From: Eledone cirrhosa
Lineage: Eukaryota
Direction of reading: 5' to 3'
Assembly: GCA_964016885.1 (NCBI GenBank)
Contig: OZ024753.1
Location: forward strand, 5,952,001 to 6,016,000
DNA length: 64,000 nt
The stretch's first letter is position 1, and every line of letters begins with the position of its first letter. The position numbers and the translations under genes were made by a program. Shown here piece after piece: positions 1 through 13,696 of the stretch. The notes under the pieces were generated by a model. That model made no database searches, was not told the DNA's origin, and saw only the letters and a program-made list of their open reading frames with translations.

Positions 1-604
1 TGCATAGAGAGAAGCTGATTGCCTGATATGCAATTTTATCTGGCGCAGCTAGATACCGTATAAAACCAACAGCTGATGGATAATTTGAATTAATTCTGAT
101 AAAGATGGTAGATTGTGCAAGAATGGTTTGTTAGCGCTAGAATATAATACGTATGCACAAGAATGGTTACAATATGTATTTATATTATATATTGGCAATG
201 ATTAATAATCAACGTAATATATTAAGGCACGAGCTTGTTGAATGATTTATTCCTCTTCACGGTAGAAATGGGTTAAATTGTATTCCGAAATTATTCTAGG
301 ACTCCGAAAATACTTTCGTTTTGTATACACTAATACCAAATGGAATGGGAAATTTAGGGGTGCTTTCATTTAAAAATAAAGTTGAGATTGAATTTTTTTA
401 CCAACGGAGCTGTTTGAATTATAGCGGATCTCTGTGACAAAGTGATTCAATTGACCCGGTCTATTGCGCAAAGTTGGAAAGAGAGTTTAGATCTAATGAT
501 ATAGCAAAGTAAAAAGATAAGTGGATAGCCCCCGACTACCCAACTATGTAACTGTATATATTAGATGACATGCTACCAGCAGCCATTTTACACACTCACA
601 CATA

Positions 605-714
605 TGTATGTTCTGGTTTTATAATGTTGTAAATGTTTACACAGAGAGAGAGAGCCGGTTTCTAACATAGATACATTACTCTTTAATTAAAATTGACACA
701 TCATCAACTAGGTA
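605..714. repeat. Short interspersed repeat, second diverged copy at ~1072-1182
   Basis: Both copies share 'ggtttctaacatag...caactaggta' and are flanked by TATG/TA microsatellite. Confidence 0.6.
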
Positions 715-788
715 TATATATATGCATGTATGTATATATGTATATATGTATGTACGTATATGTATATATGTATGTATGTATGTATGTC

Positions 789-1035
789 AAGCCAAGGTGC
801 CCCAGAAGACCTCATGTAGATTATGATCTGAAAAGGTGTAATAAATGTGGCAAGGAATGCGCAACCATGATAGGTCTTAAAAGAAATATGTAAAGACCCA
901 GAGGAGCCTACAGTTGCCATGTGAGTAGCAGAGGGTGCAAGTCTTTGGCTCGTTTAAAGAACCACATTCGTGCCTTACATTTTTGAGCATTTTATCAGGC
1001 GATGGCAATGCTAGAACACGAGTTTGCAGTTATCA
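789..1035 (+). mobile_element. 3' end relic of an RTE-like LINE with degenerate C2H2 zinc fingers
   Basis: Translates CNKCGKECATMIGLKRNM*...CHVSSRGCKSLARLKNHIRALH. The tail 'gcgatggcaatgctagaacacgagtttgcagttatc' runs into a microsatellite and matches 10745-11034. Confidence 0.55.
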
Positions 1036-1314
1036 TGTATGCATGTATGTATGCATGTATGTATGTATGTATATGTTCTTCTGCTTTTATAATTTTATAC
1101 ATTTTTACCAATAGAGTGAGAGTCGGTTTCTAACATAGTTACAAGACTCTCTAATTGGAATTTACACAACGTCAACTAGGTAAATATGTATGCATGTCTG
1201 CATGCATGCATGTGTAGGTATTGATGTTATTTTATGTGTGGATGCGGATGTTTTGAGTTGTATGTGTGCATGTGCATACGCTTTGAATCTATACATGTGT
1301 ATATGCAGTTATTA

Positions 1315-1611
1315 GATGCAAAAGTTTTGGAATGTTTTACATATTTTTACTGTTCCATTAATGTACTTGTAATTTCCTAACTAGTTGTGTTCTTTCTGTT
1401 TCTGGGAAGCCCAGCTTCTCAAGATTTGTATTGAGGCAGTTACTAACATACCCCAGTGCCCCAATAATCACAGGCATAAATCTGAAGGTATAATCGGGGT
1501 GGAGTATCTGCAGATTTCTCATCAGTTCTGCATAAATATTCTCCTTTTCGCTAATCTTTGATGTTATATTGGCATCTGCTGGGCAGCTAACTTCCACTAC
1601 TGTGCATGCCT

Positions 1612-1615
<4 letters not shown>
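1315..1615 (-). mobile_element. Dong/R4-like non-LTR retrotransposon 3' fragment (restriction-like endonuclease)
   Basis: EVSCPADANITSKISEKENIYAEL...FMPVIIGALGYV...KLQ matches the RLE C-terminal pattern (E/D-V-x-x-P...K...Y..L...P-V-I-I-G-A-L-G). Confidence 0.75.
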
Positions 1616-1650
<35 letters not shown>

Positions 1651-1654
<4 letters not shown>

Positions 1655-1906
1655 AGATTTGAATGGATACAGTTTAGTTGAAAGGAATTTATTGACACGT
1701 GTTTCTATAACAGTTACATAACATTATGTAACTGTTATAGAAACACGTGTCAATAAATTCCTTTCAACTAAACTGTATCCATTCAAATCTTTCTATTTTT
1801 CTCCGGATTACTTTTGGAACTACAACTGGAACCGTCGAGCAAACTCTACGTGAGCTGATAATCTACTGTGTGTAATATTTATATTACAACACAACGGAAA
1901 ATACTG

Positions 1907-1908
<2 letters not shown>
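1651..1908 (+). mobile_element. Fold-back Penelope-like terminal relic with hammerhead half (GAAAC-ACGU-GUC)
   Basis: Perfect palindrome ~1649-1796 (apex ~1721) between (TA)n tracts. A 5'-truncated copy of the unique part lies at 52092-52230. Confidence 0.65.
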
Positions 1909-1960
<52 letters not shown>

Positions 1961-3861
1961 AATATATTTTTCTGACTTTTTATGTTGACGGTTCACGTTA
2001 CTGCGAGATATAGTAGTCAAGCTGAAACAAATTAAGTCACGTGTTAAAATAGATATGCCGGCGGCAAATATGACAAGGAACTGTCCGTGTATAGATGTAG
2101 TTTGCCATTGGTGGTTGAACTGGCTACGAGAAAAGTAAGTAAGGTTTTTATTTTCTATCTCAGACGTATGATACTACTCATTTAGTGTTGATATTTGTGA
2201 AATTTTCGACCTTCGTTATTTTTTGAATAATGTTTGTTATTTTTACGTGCCACAAACCTTGTTTCATGACCTAATCTGCTGTGAAAAAACTTAGTTCTGG
2301 CTAAAAGTCGTGCCAGTGTAATTTCACCCTGTTCCTATATTCAACAGAGGGATCATTTTGTCCTTTTTATAACAATTAAATAGTTTTTTTTATTGATTTC
2401 GTAACACCAAGAAAACGAAATGTATAGTTTTGCTTCCCTCTGTAACTAGAACTAAAAATATTGTTTTCCTTTCTCGTTGTTGGTTTCCTTTCATTCCTCC
2501 CTAGCATATCTCGTAGTTTAAATATACTTAGTAGCAAGGGCCTTGTTTCAGGGGGTACCAGGAGACAAGTCCCCCCCCCCCACATTTTCAGGAACGGGGG
2601 ACAAACCATCTTTTGTCTTTTTTTTATTTATTTGGTATAATAAATTCTTTTTAAGCTTATTTTTTTTATATCTGAACTTCATTTCAATATATAAAATTTA
2701 AGTAGCGTAAAATTTTACTTATGTGACAGGGTCCGGGAAAGGCACCATAAGCAATACTAACATGCTCCTCTAAGAATCAACAGATGTTGGTTTATCCCCC
2801 TCACAAAGGGGGCAAACGAGGACCCTGCAAAAAGTGAGGCAAACGTGGCCTCTGCTTAGTAAGGTTTGATTCGATGAAGGATACCTTAGCTTGAATTGCG
2901 GGATTCAATTTCTCTTCAGGTAAAGTTAGATGTTTTATACCGACTTAGTTATCTTGAGGGATATTTTATCTCTCTTGATTAACAATATCCAAATCTGAAG
3001 ATGGATACAAAGGAACGTATAGAATCGAATTATCTTAGCAATTATTGACTGAATGTAAATTTATATTTAACAATAAAGTATTATTAGCAGGAATTTCGTC
3101 ACGTTTAACGGAATCTAACAAAGAAACTCTATTCTGAAATCACGCTGTCATATGAAATAAAATTAAAAAAGTAATACATTTTCAACATTCGTTCCACACA
3201 AAGCGTAAATACGTTTTGACCATGTATATTATATGCAGTGATTTTATATTTTGTAATGCTAACTTGCCCTTGAGTTCGTCGTTGTGTACAGAACCATTCA
3301 TTATAAATTCGAGTATTCATAGAAACGAATAATGAGGAATTTTGCCTAAAGTATTCATATGTAAACAGTACACAGAGACCTATCATTATAAATATCTATC
3401 CTCCATTAATCATTTTAAATATGTATCAGTCTGAGAAGAAGAAAGCACAGCAACTATAGAAAGCCTGTTGTTATCGTGTCGTGTTTATATACCAGTCAAG
3501 TTAGTCGTAACACATTAGTCTAGACAGATAATTCTTTTCTTTTTGTTGAAACGGAAAAAGAATAATCATGGAATGAGAAAATGTCTTACAGTGAAGGAAT
3601 CAATTAGATGACGTTAACTTGCTCTAGTGTATTAGCAAGTCAATCAATCATAATTAGGATAGTGACAACCAAACTGATAACCATTCATATTATTGTTATT
3701 TTCATTAACGAACCTGGGATAATAATTAACAAAATATGTTTTTTGTATTAAATACATTACATATGCAGAATATGAAATATGAAACAATGACATTTCAACT
3801 GTTGTACAATCGTTACCGGAATATTACTTTGACTTTGTGACATTGTGTCCAAATCAGAAAA

Positions 3862-3992
3862 GGGCCATAGAGTTACAGCCCATTACGTTCTGAGTTTATA
3901 TTCCACCCTTTCATCCTTATAGGGTCGATAAAATAAAGTACCAGTAATGCACTGGAATAATTGCTGGCCTTCTGCTAAAAGTAGAAACAATT
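3862..3992 (+). mobile_element. tRNA-derived SINE, partial and degenerate
   Basis: Contains 'tttcatccttatagggtcgataaaataaagtaccagtaatgcactgg', as in the 50161 copy. Confidence 0.75.
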
Positions 3993-4048
3993 ATTATTAT
4001 CGTTATCATCATCATTATTATTATTATTATTAGGGCAGTGGATAAGCA

Positions 4049-4087
<39 letters not shown>

Positions 4088-4094
<7 letters not shown>

Positions 4095-4343
4095 GTGAGG
4101 TTTTTTTATAAAATGAAAAAAAAAAAACGAGGTGTTCTACACGAGTGAAACTATAAGGAAAAAAGATGGAATCGAAAATGCAACTGAAGTCTTTTTTTTT
4201 TTTATATATTTATTTCGTTGCCAAAGCCTCCATCTCAATTCTACTTTTGAAAAACACAAGAGCTGCGAAAGCGGTAAAGGAACCAAATAAAGATATATTA
4301 AAAAAAAGACCCCAATTGCATTTTCAATTCCATCTGTTTTCGC
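4088..4343. mobile_element. Degenerate fold-back copy of the 7390-8060 hammerhead family
   Basis: Shares 'tagaaagtg...ctacacgagtgaaa...gaaaatgcaact' and a decayed ribozyme at ~4243-4280. Confidence 0.65.
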
Positions 4344-4554
4344 TATATATATATATATATATATTGAGTATATGTTATGTTGGTTGTTTACCAACATATA
4401 CTGAGCCGAATTTTACATATTTGACTTACTTATTTTATTTTGTGTTTATATATATACACACACATATATATATATATATTGAGTATATGTTATGTTGGTT
4501 GTTTACCAACAAATACTAAGCCAAATTATACATATTTGACTTATTTTATTTTGT

Positions 4555-4574
4555 GTGTATATATATACACACAT

Positions 4575-4612
<38 letters not shown>

Positions 4613-5079
4613 TTAAATATATATATAAATATATAATTATATATATCTATAGATATATTTAAATATATATATAAATATATAATTATATATATATATATCT
4701 ATAGATATATTTAAATATATATATAAATATATAATTATATATATATATATATCTATAGATATATTTAAATATATATATAAATATATAATTATATATATAT
4801 ATATATATAAACATATAATATATGTATATATAATATATATATATAAACATATATTATATGTATATATAATATATATATATATATAAACATATAATATATG
4901 TATATATAATATATATTATATGTTTATATATATATACATATATTATATGTTTATATATATATATATATACATATATTATATGTTTATATATATATACATA
5001 TATTATATGTTTATATATATATATATATATACACATATATTATATGTTTATATATATATATATACATATATTATATGTT

Positions 5080-5111
<32 letters not shown>

Positions 5112-5529
5112 TGTTTATATTTATATATACATATATTATATGTTTATATATATATACACACATATATTATATGTTTATATATATATATACATATATTATA
5201 TGTTTATATATATATATATATATATTATATATACATATATTATGTTTATATATATATATAAACATATAATATATGTATATAATATATATATATAAACATA
5301 TAATATATGTATATAAACATATAATATATGTATATAATATATATATATATATATATATAAACATATAATATATGTATATAATATATATATATATATATAT
5401 AAACATATAATATATGTATATAATATATATATATATATATATAAACATATATATGTATATAATATATATATATAAACATATAATATATGTATATAATATA
5501 TATATATATATATAAACATATAATATATG

Positions 5530-5560
<31 letters not shown>

Positions 5561-5652
5561 AACATATATATGTATATAATATATATATATATAAACATAT
5601 AATATATGTATATAATATATATATATATATATATATAAACATATAACATATG

Positions 5653-5695
<43 letters not shown>

Positions 5696-5867
5696 ATATA
5701 ATATTTATATATATATATAAATATATATATTTCGTTTCTGAATTTGGCAACATGACCCTCCCAAAGTATAACAATATATATATATATATATATATATAAA
5801 CATTTAATATATGTATATATATATATATGTGTGTATATATATGTTTATATATATATATAAACATATA

Positions 5868-5907
<40 letters not shown>

Positions 5908-5990
5908 ATATAATATATGTGTATATATATATATTTATATATATATATATAAACATATAATATGTGTATATATATATATATAACATATAA

Positions 5991-6030
<40 letters not shown>
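4555..6030. repeat. (TA)n-derived complex micro/minisatellite
   Basis: Units such as tatattatatgtttata / aaacatataatatatgtata; strand polarity switches near 5250. Confidence 0.95.
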
Positions 6031-6031
<1 letters not shown>

Positions 6032-6240
6032 GAATAAACAAGAGAGATGAACACTAATATAAACATAGATGTGTTCGAAACGAAAGGACCAAGTTTGCTA
6101 GGGTGAAAAACTACTTACAGCATGTATGTTTATTTTAGTGTTCATCTCTCTTGTTTATTCAATCATATTATATGGCACGGTAAAGCTTTTCTCTTAGAGC
6201 TATTTAATTTTAAGAGAGTACTCTGAGTTGCTAACTCACT
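6030..6240 (+). mobile_element. Fold-back element, second copy at 40311-40548
   Basis: Inverted arms 'ttgaataaacaagagagatgaacac' / 'gtgttcatctctcttgtttattcaa', shared tail 'gagctatttaatt...ctaactca', (TA)n flanks. Confidence 0.65.
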
Positions 6241-6313
6241 ATATATATATATATATATATATATTATCAAAATTAGATCAAGAATGTCATGTCTGAGAAT
6301 ATCAGAATCATGC

Positions 6314-6358
<45 letters not shown>

Positions 6359-6919
6359 CGAGAGAGAGAGAGGGGGTGGGGGAGATTAATACAGTTAGCT
6401 ACAGTGATATTTTGACAATAATCAGATAGAAATATCAATACACATACATGATAAGTTATATATATATCGTAGATAGTTTGTGAGATTGTTCTTACTTAAC
6501 TAAGAAGCTAGAATATAATATTAGCTAATATATATTGCACAGAGTCTCATAGAGACTGAATATATTGGGTTATATTATAAACAACGTAACTTCCTCTTTC
6601 TCACATTTCAATATCCGTTTGCTGCTTAATTGAGACATAAATATTCATTGTGTTTTTACTATGTTACATCCTGGGTAAATCAAATAATCATTGGTTTTTA
6701 GTTTCTCAGCATGACAATGTCTCTTTGCGACAATGTCAAAGTAGTTTGTGTAGTGTACGAGATTGTAGGATTAAATACACAAATACAACCAGATATTCAT
6801 ATACATTTCTTTGGCACATTCTCTTTCTCTCTGTATATGTATAACTCTATCCCTATCTCTTTCTTTCTCTCTGTATTTCTAGCCATCACTTGCCTTCCCC
6901 CCTCTCTCTCTCTTTATAA

Positions 6920-6952
<33 letters not shown>

Positions 6953-7029
6953 TATATAAATATTGCATAATGTACTTCAGTCTTTCTCTAGCTACCTCTT
7001 TCTATATATCTATGTCGATATATGTGTGC

Positions 7030-7165
<136 letters not shown>

Positions 7166-7524
7166 CATACCGGCATTTTCGATATATATATAATATTATA
7201 TGAAGGTAAACGAGATATCGTCTGTGGTTTAGTTAGAGTATTCTGTACCGGGGAGTGTTTCAGCGTACGGCGGTAGATGTAGTTGACTCAAGAAAATATT
7301 TACTGGTAGTCTGGTCGAAGGGTAGTTCCTTAATAGTTCCGTGATCAGTAGTCCTTGGAGTAGTATAATATATATATATATATATATATTAGAAAGTGTT
7401 TTTTTTTACAAAATGAAAAATAACCGAGGTGTCCTACACGAGTGAAAGTATAAAGAAAAAGAGATGAAATCGAAAATGCAACTGGAGTCTTATTTTTTTT
7501 AAAAATATATATATTTATTTGGTT

Positions 7525-7562
7525 CCTTTACCGGTTTCGCAGTTCTTCTGCTTTTCAAAAGG
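7525..7562 (-). ncRNA. Minimal type I hammerhead ribozyme, U3:A8 core variant
   Basis: Minus strand reads CCUU-UUGAAAA-GCAG(AAGAA)CUGC-GAAAC-CG-GUA^-AAGG. Stems I and II pair perfectly; stem III is the palindrome ACCGGU. Confidence 0.8.
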
Positions 7563-7632
7563 TGAGTTGAGATAGAGGGTCTGTGGTTTTTCTCACATCT
7601 GTGAAAAACCACAGACCCTCTATCTCAACTCA

Positions 7633-7669
7633 CCTTTTGAAAAGCAGAAGATTGCGAAACCGGTAAAGG
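7633..7669 (+). ncRNA. Minimal type I hammerhead ribozyme, U3:A8 core variant
   Basis: CCUU-UUGAAAA-GCAG(AAGA)UUGC-GAAACCGGUA^-AAGG. Confidence 0.75.
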
Positions 7670-7800
7670 AACCAAATAAATATATATATTTAAAAAAAAA
7701 ATAAGACTCCAGTTGCATTTTCGATTTCATCTCTTTTTTATATATATATTTATATATATATAGAGAGAGAAGTGGTAACACAACAGTTAGTTCACCATAC

Positions 7801-7838
7801 CGAGAACAATTGTTTCACCTTAGCGGATCCTCAGCTCG
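7801..7838 (-). ncRNA. Minimal type I hammerhead ribozyme (CUGAGGA core)
   Basis: CGAG-CUGAGGA-UCC(GCUAA)GGU-GAAAC-AAUU-GUU^-CUCG, with a weak stem II. Decayed copy at ~58798-58836. Confidence 0.65.
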
Positions 7839-7846
7839 TAATGAAT

Positions 7847-8040
7847 GTTGAGATGGAGGGTCTGTGGTTTTTCTCACATGTGAGAAAAACCACAGACCCT
7901 CCATCTCAACTCTACCTTTGAAAAGCAGAAGAACTGTGAAACCGGTAAAGGAACCAAATATATATTTTTGTTTAAATAAGACTCCAGTTGCATTTTCGAT
8001 TTCATCTTTTTTTCTTTATACTTTCACAAAAAACGTCACT
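7847..8040 (+). mobile_element. Third copy of the 7390 family with short fold-back and hammerhead (~7915-7951)
   Basis: Palindrome gttgagatggagggtctgtggtttttctcaca|tgtgagaaaaaccacagaccctccatctcaac, followed by cctttgaaaagcagaagaactgtgaaaccggtaaagg. Confidence 0.7.
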
Positions 8041-8102
8041 TATATATATATTAGAACGTTTAAATATATATATATATATATTTATATATGTATATATATT
8101 TA

Positions 8103-8153
<51 letters not shown>

Positions 8154-8168
8154 GTATATATATATATG

Positions 8169-8375
<207 letters not shown>

Positions 8376-10636
8376 GTATATATATATGTATATATATATA
8401 TATGTACACACACTCACACACACATGTGTGTGTATATATACATATATGTATGTATGTATATGTATTACCATGAAAAGTACACCACAAATATATCAAATTA
8501 CGGAAAATAAGTAGTAAATAAATCAATTGCAAAAATACTACCAGCGTTCATTACACATTGGGTAATTTCACCTTGCTAGTAAATAGCAAATATATTCGCT
8601 TTGAAAATGTATTGTGATATATCAGCAACAGTAATGTAGGTGACGTAACATCGAATAAATCCTCATAAGCCGCTAATGATTTGATATTTTCTGTGAACAT
8701 ACTGAAAACCATGGTTACGTATTTACACAACACATTTTCCACCAAAGAGTACATAGCCACATAAAGCGTAAACATCCTCTATAATATTAACGATACAACT
8801 TACGTGATAAACATTACGTACGTTTATTTCAATCTCAGTAAAAAATTGCTGAATTTGTTAGATCGCTATATAGACGGTATTTTGGTGACATTGATGTAAT
8901 AATTTTTAATCACATACTTTTGTTAGTATTCGTAACTTAATATTAAATTTTAGTCTTGCATAGTTGATATTTCGTGATCAACGAAGAAATTCGAATAATT
9001 ATGAAGAAAAACGAAAAGCAATCAGACATCTAAATAAACCAAGCAATGACAAATAATTGGTAAAACCTAATAAAATGATGAAAAACTATCACACACACAC
9101 ACAATACAGACCAAATAAGATTACTGCTTATCAATAATATGTTTCCTTAATAACATTAAAATGGAAGTGATGATGAATTATTTATCTATTGATCAAAAGG
9201 CAACAGTTTCTTAAGCCGTAAATTCTGTAACAACTAATGAAATATATGTGATTAGATCTGATTTATTACAGTTGAGTAAATGCCAAAAGAGCTTTAATGA
9301 AATTCGTCAGTCTACGCTTAGCTTTACGAAACGATAAAAAATGTTGAATGACACAAGGTAGAATTATTCTCGTCACAGCAAATTAATGAAATCGAGATTC
9401 TGTAAGAGATGAATGCAGAGAATTCTGATGAATTCGCTATTTCAAGTTTATTCGCCATTCCTTTCTTACCTGTCTTACTTATACATTTCTGCTCCTAGTA
9501 AGTATTATGTACATTCAATGTAACTCAGTACAACCTACTTTATGACTGAGTAATCGCTGACTAAATCGCCCCGGCCCCACTAGAGCTTGGTGTGGTCAAG
9601 TCAGTCTTCTGCTTATTACTGGTACCATGTAACCCAGTACAATCTACTTAATAGTTGAGTAGACGGACACTAAACCGGCTCCCCCATTAAGCCATGGTTA
9701 CATACCAACCGATTTGTTAGAGGCAGTTACACAGTACTCAATGGTGTGAAATGTTATTACATTTTCGTTCAGAAAAAACACAAACTTAAGAAAGAATGAT
9801 ATCATCAATAAAACGATCAAGTGTATGTAGCTTTAGTTTATAACCATAACAACGATAAATACAAACAGGTAGACTAACCTGGACCACCTGGAATAGATGC
9901 GAATCGATAGAAATCGATAAAAATCTCCGATAGGTTTCTCTAAATTTTCTAATCGTTATAGTATTCCCAATCTGTTATACTATCATCTCCATAAAACGCA
10001 ACCTAAACACAGCGAATGTTTGCGGCAAATTATATTCATATGTAGATTAAAACCTATAATTTCTACATTCGCTGAATTGTGGTTAAAGTTTGCCTTTTAA
10101 CATTTTATAATATACATAATGATCTTTTTTTATTTTTATTTTTTTCATATTTAATGATTCTGTTTTATAGCCAAGTAAATGTGTGTGCAGCATATTTTAC
10201 ATAATTAATATGAAATTAACCAAAGTTAATTAACCCGAAAGTAAATCGGCCACTGTTACAAGTATGCAAAATTATTCCACATTTTGTATTCTGACATGGA
10301 ATCACGCCAAAATTACCGATTTTCATTTACATGAGAATCTAGTATAAGTCGCTTTATATTGATTCACTTTATCTAAGCATGTTGTTTTATTGAAGTCATT
10401 ATCTAATTGTGTCTTATGAGGAATAAACTAATGAACAGAATTGATTAGTTTGAGTTAAGATTAATATCATGCTTGGCAAACTAACTTAACGATTCGATCC
10501 GCATGCACGAACTTACTCTCATAACAATTCAGGAGATATATACTAAAAATTGGTTGTCTAATGACAGTGGCATTTCCTCATCAAAATATCGTTGGTACGT
10601 TCAATATACTTCAAAGTTCGAGATGAATCCTGCCCG

Positions 10637-10708
<72 letters not shown>

Positions 10709-10744
10709 CTGTGTGCGTGTGAATGTTTGTCTAGTATATAGTGT

Positions 10745-11028
10745 CTCCATTGAATTGAAGTGCCCTGAGTGTGGACAAATTTGGTTTAAGCAAATCTGGT
10801 CTCAGGAGCCACAGTCGCAGCCATGTTCAAAGAAAACCAGTGAACTATGATCTCCACGGTATTGTGAAGGTTCACAGGCAACCTGATGCAAGACCCGAGG
10901 CCAAGGAGATCCATAGTTGTCGTCAGTGTACGAAGGAGTGCAAGTCTCTAGCAGGCTTGAAAAGCCATATCCAAGCGCCACACATCTTAGTCTGACAAGC
11001 GATTGCAAAACTCTTAGCAGAGTTTACA

Positions 11029-11034
<6 letters not shown>
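10745..11034 (+). mobile_element. 3' end of RTE-like LINE with two C2H2 zinc fingers (frameshifted)
   Basis: CPECGQ../..SKSGLRSHSRSH and CRQCTKECKSLAGLKSHIQAPH*, then a short 3' UTR ending in (AT)n. Confidence 0.6.
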
Positions 11035-11085
<51 letters not shown>

Positions 11086-12133
11086 TACATACATAATATA
11101 TATATATACATGGAGATAGATAGATAGAGAGAGATTCGAGCGTGTGTGTTTGTCTGTATATGCATACGGGCGTTAGCTGTGTTATGTGTTAATGTTGCAC
11201 ATACGCGAAAAGCTTGAAGTGGTCCAAATAACCTCACTCGGCAATTGTAAACCTTGTAACACAGTATCAGATCAAACAGAAATTGAATAAAGCAAACCTG
11301 CTCAATCTGATCTTATTTGTATCTTGACACGGTGGTTTGCTACCTTCAATGCCGGTATGTTCTCGTATAGTTGACTACATTATGAACACTGATGTTAGCA
11401 GAAAAACGTGAATAGATTGGGTATTCCAAGGAACACACATGTATGCTAGACTACCAGCTCATGCTAGCACATATTCCTTTTACATCCTCTTAGTTCTAGA
11501 TGAACTACGACGCAACAGTTACACATTAAAATCTTGTGATACTGAATGGGTTGTTATGCACAAATAGGATTTCCGAAAACTATTTACGAAAATGAAAAGA
11601 CTGAAAATGCATATGTAAAATTTAAATATTTATAGATTTTGACACGAATGAACGACCACAGCTATAAGGGAATAAGAAATAGGGAGAAAACGAATCCATC
11701 ATTACATAATTAAACACATTGAGGATGTTAATGGATGTGTCTGATAATATTAGGAACGTTTTATAAGACCATCATGTCAGAAGTATGTTTGAGGTTTGCG
11801 AGTTATATATTCGACAAGCTGATATCACATTTACAAACGAAATTTTAATTGTTTTCAAGCATACAATTTGTAAATTTAAAGTACACGAAGCGCAGAGAGA
11901 CATGCATGGTGTTTTTTTTAAAAACATATCTTCTATCACAATATAACGGGTGATGCTTCTTTGGAAAAGTGATGCAAAACGAAAAGCATGATGAATAATA
12001 GATTAGAAAATGTTACAGTGCTGAAAGTGTATATAATATTATATGTGGGCTTTACTTCAAGATTGCTTGTTTATCTACATTATCTATTTCTATGAATAAC
12101 TTATTATATATATACATTTATGTAATACGTATG

Positions 12134-12243
<110 letters not shown>

Positions 12244-12291
12244 CCCACCGATATATATATATATACATCCCCACGATATATATATATACAA

Positions 12292-12346
<55 letters not shown>

Positions 12347-12535
12347 CATCCCCAACGATATATATATACAATGGGGATCGGGTGCGTATTACATTTCTTG
12401 TGTTTTATTTTTATTGGTTTCCTTCATTAGGTATTGCTTATACCAGGGGAAAACCTGAAGGCTATAGTCGATAAAATCGATATTTCATCTGCAATCATTT
12501 TATTGAACTCCGAGAGAGTCTTAGTTGGTGATAGA

Positions 12536-12592
<57 letters not shown>

Positions 12593-13518
12593 ATGTATAC
12601 ATATGTACACAGAAACACAGTCACACATGTATACATATTATGTATAGATACATTTTATAGTGGAGTCTGTTCATGTGTGTGAGAATATATGTTAGTAGTT
12701 GAGCATTAGTTTCAACAATAATTGCTACATATCTTGAAACCCTGCAACAACATCACCGTTCAATAGAAATTATACAGCAAAAACTCGACAAACCTTGTTC
12801 ATTATTAACACTAATCTTCTCCGTGACGTGTTTAATCTTCGCTTCTACCATTTCGTACGACATTATTTGTATGTTAGCAGCATCTTAAAGAAAAAATAAA
12901 GAAAATTCTCTTAGATGCTGAAATATTATCGATTATTCTAAATATTTAAAATGGAAAGTAACTTGATAATAGATAAGTAAATATCCGTGTGAACATATAT
13001 AAGATTTACGAAGTTGTTGGACATCATTAATATTCACGAATATTTATCGCTATTAGATTAATGTTTGAAATCGTTCTCTGCCTTATCAATTCAAAAATAT
13101 TATTCAAGTATTACTGTTACTAGAAATCATTATTCAAGTATTACTGTGTTCATTTTGTAGTCAATTGTACATCGCTATCGTTCATGCAAAAATTAGTGTT
13201 TTTCAGATGGGTTTGGTCAAGTCATAATCAACGGATTTCAATATGTTTAATGATAATATCCTGTCAAATTTCAGAATATGACATCCGTGGTTACGATTTC
13301 AATTTTGGTTTATATATATATATATATATATATATGTTATATATGTATATATATATATATGGGGGTCGAAACTACCCAAATCCATCTCAATGGCCACTAA
13401 CCGTGGAGTTCTCTGTCCGTTTGTATTTTGTTTTTAAGTAATTATCTACGGTTTCCCCTTTACGTTTTATTTTGTTTCCGTTCGTTGCCTTATTCTCTTG
13501 TTTTGTCAATTTTCTTAA

Positions 13519-13556
<38 letters not shown>

Positions 13557-13657
13557 AATGGCGTGCTGCGTAGTTGCACATGGGTTACATATGAATAAAA
13601 TTAGTCCTTCATCGGTGATCTTCCAGCCTTCATTGGTATTTCCTCGCTTTAAAGAAT

Positions 13658-13690
<33 letters not shown>

Positions 13691-13696
13691 TTTTAG

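Larger units (their letters stand above)
7390..7740. mobile_element. Fold-back Penelope-like terminus carrying a hammerhead on each arm
   Basis: Near-perfect inverted repeat of ~145 bp arms, apex ~7598, flanked by (TA)n. Confidence 0.75.

Noticed and set aside
2535-2610. hAT-like transposon terminus
   Set aside because: Only a vague resemblance; no partner TIR or target-site duplication found.
10771-10995. Host C2H2 zinc-finger gene
   Set aside because: Frameshifted, has a related copy at 789-1035, and ends in a LINE-like tail plus microsatellite.
13553-13640. Minus-strand hammerhead relic (CCGAUGA...GCAACUACGCAGC)
   Set aside because: Too many core and stem mismatches to support.
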